Assembly (NCBI GenBank): GCA_051881755.1
Contig: JBJEQM010000180.1
Coordinates: 1-33,644 of the forward strand
Direction: 5' to 3'
From: Oscillospiraceae bacterium
GTDB taxonomy: Bacteria; Bacillota; Clostridia; Oscillospirales; Ruminococcaceae
Length of the DNA: 33,644 nt
Positions within the stretch are counted from its first letter, which is position 1. Every line of letters starts with the position of its first letter. A model generated the notes under the pieces. It was not told where the DNA came from. It did not search any database and worked only from the letters and a program-made list of their open reading frames with translations. Positions 25,929-32,662 of the stretch are shown here, in pieces. Both the position numbers and the translations under genes were made by a program.

Positions 25929-26016
25929 ATTAACTCCTCCCAAAAAATGTATATAAAGCCGGCGGCATTTGACAAAAAGGCATAGCAATGCCGCAGTAAT
26001 ATATTTACTCTATTTT

Positions 26017-26045
26017 ATTATACATCAATCACTTCCAAATTTCAA
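26017..26045 (-). promoter_or_regulatory. Candidate sigma-A promoter of the flagellar operon
   Basis: The minus strand reads TTGAAA (26040-26045) - 17 nt - TATAAT (26017-26022), about 90 nt upstream of the flgB ATG. A second, weaker candidate TTGAAA-17-TATATT lies at 26096-26124. Confidence 0.5.
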
Positions 26046-26183
26046 GCAACTATTACAAAATAATAAGAAAAACATACAACAAAAATTCACGAAAAAATAT
26101 ATTAAATTTCTCTAAATATTTCAACAGAAAGAACGACGCAACAAAAAAAGACCATATTTTGTATATATTTTTGTGCAAAAAGC

Positions 26184-26210
26184 AAAAAGACCTGCATCAA
26201 ATGCAGGTCT
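26184..26210 (-). terminator. Rho-independent terminator of the pilZ-parA-comFB operon
   Basis: A perfect 10-bp stem, agacctgcat (26188-26197) / atgcaggtct (26201-26210), with a 3-nt loop. On the minus strand it is followed by ttttgcttttt. It lies 9 nt past the ComFB-like stop. Confidence 0.85.
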
Positions 26211-26219
26211 GATTATGTT

Positions 26220-26750
26220 CTATTCATGAACAGGCAATTGTCGTCTGCCTATAGCAATTTTAACCAATGCGCTCATTACCGACGGACGGTTCTTGGTGCG
26301 TATCTCTTCGGCGCGCTGCAGGTCGCTGCTGTTTTCCACCTTTACGTTGACCTCTGGGACGGTCTCCAGCGCGTCCGTCATGGCTTCGGCAAAGCATTTG
26401 CCGCATTTGCAGCAGTGGAATCTGTCCAGTACCGACGGCAGAAGCTCGGCGATAAGCTCGGAGCTGATATGTATCTCCGTGACCTGCTCCTCCTTGGGCA
26501 GCTCGGGAACAGCCTGAGCTGGCTCGCTGTATACGGGCGCCGCCTGTGGGGTATCGTTCTGTACGGGAGCTGTCTGAGCAGGCTGCGGAGCGGCGCTTTC
26601 CTGCGTGCTCTCGCGGGCGGCACGCTTGTCCACAATGACCGACTGCTTGAACTCGTTGTCCAGCATGGGATTGACCGCAAGGTTGTTTCCCGTCAGCAGC
26701 CGCATTACAGCTTCCGTTTTATGTGTAGATTTTCTTGCAGTAGTAAACAT
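26220..26750 (-). CDS. ComFB-domain protein with a P/Q/A-rich N-terminal region
   Basis: The C-terminal roughly 85 aa (ELIAELLPSVLDRFHCCKCGKCFAEAMTDALETVPEVNV...) resemble the ComFB family helix-CxCxxC-helix pattern. The N-terminal part AAPQPAQTAPVQNDTPQAAPVYSEPAQAVPELP looks disordered. The start is set at ATG 26750 (GAAAGGAAA upstream). The ORF track uses TTG at 26768. Confidence 0.6.
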   Translation of the reverse strand: MFTTARKSTHKTEAVMRLLTGNNLAVNPMLDNEFKQSVIVDKRAARESTQESAAPQPAQTAPVQNDTPQAAPVYSEPAQAVPELPKEEQVTEIHISSELIAELLPSVLDRFHCCKCGKCFAEAMTDALETVPEVNVKVENSSDLQRAEEIRTKNRPSVMSALVKIAIGRRQLPVHE

Positions 26751-26775
26751 AGGAACGTTTCCTTTCAATGGGCGG

Positions 26776-27537
26776 TTAATCGTTTATCTCGGGATAAAGA
26801 TACTCGCATACCCTTGTATAATCCCGCGAAGCCTTGCAGCGCGGAGAATATGATGTAATGACCATCTGATGCGCGGGAGCCTCGGCGACTGCCACGGAGG
26901 AAGCGATCTTGTCCTCCAGCACCACCGTGCCCAGCTGCTTGGCGACGATCTCCACCATTTCCGCCACCTCCACCGCAAGGGTCTGCTTGGCGGAATACTT
27001 TGTCAGCAGTATGCCGCGTATATTAAGCTTTTTGTTGTAATATTTCTTCACCGCCAGAATGGTCTCGCGCAGCTGCGCAATACCCTGTAAGGACAGTATC
27101 TCGGGGGTCATGGGTATGATAAGGTCGTCGGCGGCGGTATATGCGTTTATGGTAAGTATGGACAGCGCGGGAGGCGTGTCGATAATGATATAGTCATACT
27201 CGTCGCGGACGGTTTTCAGTATCTCGCGGAGTATGAACTCGCGGCGCTCGCTGGTCAGCTCCAGCTCGCTGCCCGAAAGCAGGATATTGGAGGTGATAAC
27301 GTCGCATATGTTGGTGGTCTTTATGGCGTCGCGGATATCGCAGTCGCCCTTCATAACGTCGTGTATGGTATATCCCCTGTCCTCCGTGCCGAGGGAAAAG
27401 GAAAGGTTGCCCTGAGGGTCCATATCTATTGCAAGGACGGATTTGCCCCTGCTTCTGAAAATGCCCGTAAACGCCGCGCAGGTGGTAGTTTTTCCTACGC
27501 CGCCCTTCTGATTTGTAACAACAATAACTTTAGCCAT
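26776..27537 (-). CDS. Orphan ParA/Soj-type P-loop ATPase
   Basis: 253 aa. The deviant Walker A is NQKGGVGKTTT, followed by LAIDMDPQGN and Walker B YDYIIIDTPPAL. No parB-like gene is adjacent. Confidence 0.85.
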   Translation of the reverse strand: MAKVIVVTNQKGGVGKTTTCAAFTGIFRSRGKSVLAIDMDPQGNLSFSLGTEDRGYTIHDVMKGDCDIRDAIKTTNICDVITSNILLSGSELELTSERREFILREILKTVRDEYDYIIIDTPPALSILTINAYTAADDLIIPMTPEILSLQGIAQLRETILAVKKYYNKKLNIRGILLTKYSAKQTLAVEVAEMVEIVAKQLGTVVLEDKIASSVAVAEAPAHQMVITSYSPRCKASRDYTRVCEYLYPEIND

Positions 27538-27552
27538 ATTATTCCATTCCTA

Positions 27553-28218
27553 TCAATATGCTCTCTTGCTTTTTTCGTTTCTCATGCGCTCGCGCTCGAT
27601 AAGCTGACATTCCAGAATAAACCTCGCCAGACGCTCCTCCTGCTGTGAGGTGACGTTGAGGAAGCGGCAGCCGTAGCCGTCCACCTCGTCGGTATCCTGA
27701 ATTTTCTGCACTCTCAGCACCTCTGCCAGAAGCTCCATTTCCCCGTCGAGGAAGTTCAGCATGACCTGATCCTCGGGTCGGAACTCAAACTCCGAGCGCA
27801 GGTAAGCTCCGCCGATATTAAGGTTGACAAAGTCCACGCAGATAGGCGAATCAAAGGTGCACATCTCCCCGTCGCGGATATAGAACGGCGAAGTGCCCAC
27901 AAACTGCACATTTATCTTGAAGTACCGTCTGCGCTCCTGAAGCGCGATGCCGTCGCCGACGTGAAAATTTATCTGATATTCCGTGCAAAGGTCTACCGAT
28001 GTGGAATATTTCATTCTTGCGCCGTTGAGATACTCGAAAATGACGTCGATATACTCGTCCTTGGTTATAAGCGGAAAATCCGCGCCCTTGAGCATTACAA
28101 GATCCTTGCCCCTTATGCCGAAGAAGTCCTTGGGGAAATAGACTGATTTTGTCGTCAGCAGCAGTTTTCCGTTGCGGTCGTATATCATGACCTTGTTTAT
28201 TTTATCTTTGTTTATCAT
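27553..28218 (-). CDS. PilZ-domain protein, YcgR/MotI-like two-domain architecture
   Basis: 221 aa. The C-terminal half has the PilZ-like motifs QERRRYFK (RxxxR-type, last position Lys) and VNLNIGGA (D/NxSxxG-type, Ser replaced by Asn). The N-terminal roughly 90 aa form a beta-rich domain, as in YcgR-N/MotI. Confidence 0.7.
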   Translation of the reverse strand: MINKDKINKVMIYDRNGKLLLTTKSVYFPKDFFGIRGKDLVMLKGADFPLITKDEYIDVIFEYLNGARMKYSTSVDLCTEYQINFHVGDGIALQERRRYFKINVQFVGTSPFYIRDGEMCTFDSPICVDFVNLNIGGAYLRSEFEFRPEDQVMLNFLDGEMELLAEVLRVQKIQDTDEVDGYGCRFLNVTSQQEERLARFILECQLIERERMRNEKSKRAY

Positions 28219-28282
28219 TCAAAATATCCCCCGGGCAAAGCTTTTGATTAATCGTTTAAGGCGTATATTATCCTAATATATA

Positions 28283-28311
28283 ATTATAGCTAAAAAAATT
28301 ATATTTTGCAA
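28283..28311 (-). promoter_or_regulatory. Candidate sigma-A promoter of the pilZ-parA-comFB operon
   Basis: The minus strand reads TTGCAA (28306-28311) - 17 nt - TATAAT (28283-28288), about 65 nt upstream of the pilZ ATG. Confidence 0.5.
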
Positions 28312-28390
28312 CAGTTTTAAGCAATGTTGTACAATTTTATATAAACCGACAAATTTTTTTGTATATTTGCCATAAAACATTTTTCCGCTA

Positions 28391-28419
28391 TGTACATTTC
28401 CCTTTAAAAATAGTATAAT
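28391..28419 (+). promoter_or_regulatory. Candidate sigma-A promoter of the plus-strand unit (membrane protein-sbcC)
   Basis: TGTACA - 17 nt - TATAAT (28414-28419), 30 nt upstream of the ATG at 28450. The -35 is weak. Confidence 0.35.
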
Positions 28420-28449
28420 ATTATGCAGTAAACCAAAAGGAGGGAGATA

Positions 28450-29190
28450 ATGCGCAAGACCATTCATGCCAGCGAAAAGCGCATACTTGGCAGATATAAC
28501 CGCAGAATGATCATCGCCTGTCTCCCCGGAGCGGCGGCGCTTATATCAATACTTATCATTGTGCTGCTTTTTTACGTTATCTCTCCCGACGGAGTGTCCG
28601 TACCCTCCGTGCTGAATCGTATCATAATATACGGTACATATTTCTGCGTCGCCTACCTTTTCATTGTATGTCTCATCGGCTCTGTAGTTTCGGATATCCT
28701 GCTGAAAGCTCACCGCGAGCATACTTATATCGAGATAAACGACTCCTCGCTTATAGTCTCTCAGCACAGTCAGACCGTTTTCACCGACGGAAAACGGCAG
28801 AGCTACAAAAAGCTGTGGGTGGTGAACCTGAAAAACGTGGAGTATGTGGAATATGCAAAACACACCGTCATCATCGGCGCGCCTGCGCGGTTTTTCCATG
28901 AAAACGCCGACTGGCTCCGCTACGAAAGCACTCCCGACGGCATAGATTTCGACAACTGGTGGTATAATTCCAACGGCGGAAAGAACGTCTCCACCGTGGA
29001 GGTGGCGGATTTCTACGCCCACACCGAGCGTATCGCGGGGCGCATACAATTCTGCTCCGACAAAATAATCGCCCGCGAAGCCCGCCGCGAGCAGTTCCGC
29101 AGGCAGATGCTGGATATTGCAAAAAATACCAAGCACAAGCGCGGTATATCCGATAAGTACGTTCCGCCCAAGCGGCGAAAATTCAGATAA
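28450..29190 (+). CDS. Hypothetical membrane protein (2 TM plus a soluble domain, possibly bacterial PH-like, and a basic tail)
   Basis: 246 aa with AAGGAGGGAG upstream. Two hydrophobic helices (IIACLPGAAALISILIIVLLFYVI and IIIYGTYFCVAYLFIVCLIGSVV) precede a domain of about 130 aa and a K/R-rich C-terminus. I recognise no catalytic motif. The 2TM-plus-PH topology is only a guess. Confidence 0.5.
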   Translation: MRKTIHASEKRILGRYNRRMIIACLPGAAALISILIIVLLFYVISPDGVSVPSVLNRIIIYGTYFCVAYLFIVCLIGSVVSDILLKAHREHTYIEINDSSLIVSQHSQTVFTDGKRQSYKKLWVVNLKNVEYVEYAKHTVIIGAPARFFHENADWLRYESTPDGIDFDNWWYNSNGGKNVSTVEVADFYAHTERIAGRIQFCSDKIIAREARREQFRRQMLDIAKNTKHKRGISDKYVPPKRRKFR

Positions 29191-29201
29191 GGGAGGTTTA
29201 T

Positions 29202-31952
29202 ATGAGACCGATAGAAATTACCATCTCCGCATTCGGTCCCTACGCCGGAGTGGAGCATATCGACATGACCGCTCTCGGGAACGAGGGCATATACCTCATT
29301 TCGGGCAAGACAGGCTCAGGCAAGACCTCCATTTTCGACTCTGTTATATTCGCTCTCTACGGCACGGCAAGCGGCAGCGTAAGAAGCGCCTCCATGCTTC
29401 GGAGCAAGTATGCCGCTCCCGAAGCCAAGACCTTTGTAAGGCTGGTCTTCGATTACAAGGGAGTGCGCTACACCGTGACCCGCAATCCCGAGTACATACG
29501 GCCGTCCCTGCGGAAAAGCGAAAGCGGCTTTACCACGGAAAAGGCTGACGCCGAACTGGAATACAGCGGCGGCGCGGTGGGCGGATACACCAATGTCACC
29601 AAAAAGATAACCGAGATAATCGGTCTTGACCGCGACAGATTTATACAGGTAGCTATGCTGTCACAGGGCGAATTTCTGAAGCTGCTTTTCGCCTCCACGC
29701 AGGAGCGCTCGGCGGTGTTCCGCAGTATATTCCGCACCGAAAAATACGGCAGCCTGCACAAGAAGATAAAGGAAGACCTTGATACAGCCGCCAATATATG
29801 CAGAAACGCCGAGACAGCGGTCATGCAGAATATTGCCATGCTTGAAAATATACCCGAGGATATAAAAAACACTCCCCTGTCGTACACCTCGCAGGAGGTG
29901 CTTGCGGCGGTTGAGGACGCTCTGTCGGCAGACAGGACCTTGACGGCGGAGACGGAAAAGCAGCTGGCGGCGGCGGAAAAGTCCATGGAGGAAAACGCGG
30001 CGGCTCTGGGCAGAGCGGAGCTGCAAAAAAGCGCGTCGGACAAGCTGAAAGCCGCGGAAGAGGCGCTGTCACGGCTGACGGCGCAGAAGAGCCGTCTCGA
30101 AGCGGATTTCGCCGCGGCGGAGGAAAAATATCCGCAGGCAGAAGCGCTCACGGCGGAGATAAGCCGCGAAACGGAGCGCTTGGGAGATTATGCGGCTCTA
30201 AGCGGCAAGGAAAGACTTCTTGCGGACAAGACCGCCGAATCGGAGCGTACGGCAGTCCGTCTCGACAGCGCGCGGCGCTCTGCTTCGCAGCTGACGGAAA
30301 AGCTGGCGGCGCTAAAGGCAGAGCGCGAAAAATACAGGGACTGCGGCGCGGAGCGTGAACGTCTCGAAAGCCGCAGGGTACGTTTAGAGGAGACCCGCGT
30401 TCAACTGTGCGCCCTGTTGGACGAGATAAAGGTCATCACCGCCATGAAAGCGCAGCTTGACGAGGCGCAGAGGAAATATGCCGACGCCGCCCAAAAGTCG
30501 GAGCGGCTCCAAACGGAGGCAATGCAGCTTGAAAAGCTGTTTCTTGACGGGCAGGCGGGCATACTGGCGGCAGGGCTTCGGGATGGCGAGCGGTGTCCCG
30601 TATGCGGCTCGGAGACCCACCCTTTTCCTGCACATATATCCCAGGGCGCTCCCACGGAGGAGCAGCTGAAAAAGGCGCGTACATTATCTCAGGCGGCGCA
30701 GAAAACTGCGGCGGAATACAGCTCCTCCGCAGGAGAGCTTCGCGGCAGAGGTGAAGCCAAGAAAGCCGCCATAATGGAGACGGCGAAAAAGCTTCTCGGC
30801 ACGACGGAAAAGATACCTGCGGCGGCAAACGGCAGATTTTCCGAGGTCGCCTCGGAGCTTCGCGAGACGGAACGGCTCATCGCGGAAGCGGACGGCGGAC
30901 TTGCACGTCTTGCGGCGCTTGATAAGGATATACCCGCGGCGGAAAGCAGCATAAAGCAGGCGGAGACCGTCTCGGCGGAATGTGACAAGCTTCTGGCGGC
31001 GCTTGCAGCGGAGGTCTCCGCGCTGAAAGCCGATATACAAAATATGCACGGTACGCTGAAATTCCCGTCGGAACGGGAAGCGCGGTCGTACATCTCCTCT
31101 CTTGAGGAGAAAAAGAAGCGCATCAGGGACGAATACGACGGCGCAAAGGCGGCTCTGGACGGCTGTATAAAGAAGTCCGCCGAGCTGGAGTCGGCGTGTA
31201 CGGCGTACCGCTCGCAAATCGGTGACGGCGGCGAAGATATGGACATAATATACCAAAAGCGTAACGCTCTTGCCGCCGAGGAAAAGCGGCTGTCGGACAT
31301 GATATCATCGGCGGCGGCGCGCATAAAAGCGGGCACGGCGGCTTCGGCGGCGCTGAAAAGCGGATATGCCGCACTTGAAAAGGCGCAGGAGCGCTACGGC
31401 TGGCTGAAAGCCCTGTATGACACGGCAGGAGGCACCATTGTGGGCAAGGAGAAGATCACCCTTGAGACCTACGTTCAGACCGCATATTTCAGCCGCATTA
31501 CCGAGCGAGCAAACCTGCGGCTCATGTCCATGACGGACGGACGGTACGAGCTGACCCGAAGCGAGGAGGACGGCGGCAGGCAAAGCAAGACGGGTCTGGA
31601 ACTGGACGTTATCGACCACTACAACGGCTCTGTCCGCAGTGTAAAGACGTTATCGGGGGGCGAGGCGTTTCAGGCGGCGCTGTCGCTGGCGCTGGGTCTT
31701 TCCGACGAGATACAGTCGGGCGCGGGAGGAATACAGCTTGACACCATGTTCGTGGACGAGGGCTTCGGCTCGCTGGACGAGGAATCCCTCGATATGGCGA
31801 TGGATACCCTGCTGGCGCTGTCGCGGAGCGGACGTCTTGTGGGCATCATCTCCCATGTGGCGGAGCTGAAAGAGCGTATCCCGCGTCAGATAATCGTCCG
31901 CAAGGACAGCCGCACGGGTCAAAGCACAACGGAAATAATATGCAAAGATTAA
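29202..31952 (+). CDS. sbcC: SbcC/Rad50-family DNA repair ATPase
   Basis: 916 aa. The N-terminus is MRPIEITISAFGPYAG, with Walker A GKTGSGKTS. It has long A/E/K/L-rich coiled coils and a central zinc hook CPVCGS (30594-30611). Also present are the signature LSGGEAF, Walker B LDTMFVDEGFGSLD and the H-loop IISHV. Confidence 0.88.
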   Translation: MRPIEITISAFGPYAGVEHIDMTALGNEGIYLISGKTGSGKTSIFDSVIFALYGTASGSVRSASMLRSKYAAPEAKTFVRLVFDYKGVRYTVTRNPEYIRPSLRKSESGFTTEKADAELEYSGGAVGGYTNVTKKITEIIGLDRDRFIQVAMLSQGEFLKLLFASTQERSAVFRSIFRTEKYGSLHKKIKEDLDTAANICRNAETAVMQNIAMLENIPEDIKNTPLSYTSQEVLAAVEDALSADRTLTAETEKQLAAAEKSMEENAAALGRAELQKSASDKLKAAEEALSRLTAQKSRLEADFAAAEEKYPQAEALTAEISRETERLGDYAALSGKERLLADKTAESERTAVRLDSARRSASQLTEKLAALKAEREKYRDCGAERERLESRRVRLEETRVQLCALLDEIKVITAMKAQLDEAQRKYADAAQKSERLQTEAMQLEKLFLDGQAGILAAGLRDGERCPVCGSETHPFPAHISQGAPTEEQLKKARTLSQAAQKTAAEYSSSAGELRGRGEAKKAAIMETAKKLLGTTEKIPAAANGRFSEVASELRETERLIAEADGGLARLAALDKDIPAAESSIKQAETVSAECDKLLAALAAEVSALKADIQNMHGTLKFPSEREARSYISSLEEKKKRIRDEYDGAKAALDGCIKKSAELESACTAYRSQIGDGGEDMDIIYQKRNALAAEEKRLSDMISSAAARIKAGTAASAALKSGYAALEKAQERYGWLKALYDTAGGTIVGKEKITLETYVQTAYFSRITERANLRLMSMTDGRYELTRSEEDGGRQSKTGLELDVIDHYNGSVRSVKTLSGGEAFQAALSLALGLSDEIQSGAGGIQLDTMFVDEGFGSLDEESLDMAMDTLLALSRSGRLVGIISHVAELKERIPRQIIVRKDSRTGQSTTEIICKD

Positions 31953-31968
31953 TTGGAGGTATAAAGTA

Positions 31969-32220
31969 ATGATAGAATACAGATATGATACACAGCTTCT
32001 TATTGAGGGCGAAGATCTTGACGAGGACGTTATAAACGATTATTTTGTGGATAATTTCAAGGGCGACTGTCTGCTGGCGGTGGGCGACGAAAATCTCATC
32101 AAGATACACTATCACACCAACGAGCCGTGGAAGGTACTGGAATACTGCGCGTCTTTGGGCGAGATATTCGACATTGTTATTGAGGATATGGACCGTCAGT
32201 CGCGGGGTCTGAAAGGATAA
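31969..32220 (+). CDS. Small stand-alone protein resembling a segment of DAK2-fusion/FakA (YloV) kinases
   Basis: 83 aa with GGAGG upstream. The pattern GDCLLAVGDENLIKIHYHTNEPWKVLEYCASLGEIFDIVIEDMDRQ resembles the GDS-x-VV-x-D-x-VKVHVHT-x-PG-x-V...G-x-L-x-I-x-I-x-NM-x-Q segment of YloV/FakA. Confidence 0.5.
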   Translation: MIEYRYDTQLLIEGEDLDEDVINDYFVDNFKGDCLLAVGDENLIKIHYHTNEPWKVLEYCASLGEIFDIVIEDMDRQSRGLKG

Positions 32221-32225
32221 TAATA

Positions 32226-32328
32226 ATACTAATAACCAATAAAAGTGTAGACAAAAAATCTGCGCAAAATCCATACACGCAAGATTTTGCTTGATTTTTT
32301 TGTACACTTTTTAATTGGTTATTAGTAT
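32226..32328. repeat. Long AT-rich imperfect palindrome, probably a bidirectional terminator
   Basis: The outer arms are atactaataaccaat...aaaagtgta...caaaaaatc (32226-32260) and their near-complement (32293-32328), with small indels. The inner 8-bp hairpin gcaaaatc (32264-32271) / gattttgc (32283-32290) is followed by ttgattttttt. Confidence 0.6.
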
Positions 32329-32335
32329 AAAAATA

Positions 32336-32364
32336 TTGCATTTTAAAAATAACTGTGTTATAAT
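32336..32364 (+). promoter_or_regulatory. Sigma-A promoter with extended -10, driving the T-box leader and cysE
   Basis: TTGCAT (32336-32341) - 17 nt - TATAAT (32359-32364). TGT immediately precedes the -10, giving TGnTATAAT. Confidence 0.65.
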
Positions 32365-32389
32365 AGTGTAGCATGAATACTATATATTA

Positions 32390-32637
32390 AAGGCATATCG
32401 GTCAGAGTAGCTTTTGCTTGGGATACAGAGAGCGTCGGGGTGGTGGAACGGCGACGAAGAGCAGCTGTGAAGTGCGGCCGCCGGCTCGGTCGGGGAAAAC
32501 GCAATGCCTCAGCATTACGTTAGTATCCGCCTGCGTTTTCCGCGTTAAGGATAATGAGGGGCGCTCGGCGCTCAATTGAAGTGGGACCGTGGTTTTATAC
32601 TGCCTTCAAAGCTCTGTGGCTTTGGGGGCGTTTTTTT
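32390..32637 (+). promoter_or_regulatory. T-box riboswitch leader (probable Cys specifier UGC)
   Basis: An AGAGAG box lies at about 32427. GGUGGUGGAAC-type stem I distal elements are present. The candidate specifier is in gaaGUGCgg, read as UGC plus a purine. The T-box sequence is aattgaagtgggaccgtgg (32574-32592). Its ttgaag can pair with cttcaa (32604-32609) as an antiterminator, competing with the terminator stem. The downstream gene is cysE. Confidence 0.75.
32603..32637 (+). terminator. Intrinsic terminator of the T-box leader
   Basis: Stem ccttcaaagc (32603-32612) / gctttggggg (32619-32628), including G-U pairs, with loop tctgtg. A run of 7 T follows (32631-32637). Confidence 0.7.
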
Positions 32638-32662
32638 GATATTTTGAAAGGTGTGATATTTT

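Noticed and set aside
25929-26016. c-di-GMP riboswitch in the flgB leader, by analogy with C. difficile
   Set aside because: I cannot find the GC-rich conserved cores of GEMM-I/II in this short AT-rich leader. A covariance-model scan would be needed to overturn this.
25941-26175. Possible invertible flagellar switch (inverted repeats caaaaaatgtatata / tatatatttttg flanking the flgB promoter region)
   Set aside because: The match is short and imperfect, and the sequence is A/T low complexity, where chance matches are expected. The left arm would lie between the flgB SD and the rest of the leader. No recombinase gene is nearby.
26776-27537. Calling the ParA-like ATPase FlhG (YlxH)
   Set aside because: The Walker A region (NQKGGVGKTTT ... 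DMDPQGN) is the Soj/ParA class, not the MinD/FlhG class. No flhF is adjacent. I cannot verify a C-terminal membrane-targeting helix. The call stays generic.
28273-28467. 64-aa minus-strand ORF in the divergent promoter region
   Set aside because: It lies in AT-rich intergenic DNA that carries both candidate promoters and overlaps the start of the plus-strand gene. It has no SD and an implausible sequence.
29468-31336. Several 190-227-aa minus-strand ORFs inside sbcC (29468-30151, 30684-31256, 30689-31336)
   Set aside because: They are A/S/R-rich mirror frames of the GC-rich, A/E/K-rich coiled-coil coding sequence of sbcC. They overlap each other in different frames and have no independent support.
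29202-31952. Interpreting the SMC-like ATPase as a Lamassu/Wadjet-type defence ATPase
   Set aside because: The N-terminal MRPIEITISAFGPYAG block, the CPVCG zinc hook, LSGGE and the overall length fit housekeeping SbcC/Rad50. No effector-like partner genes are present.
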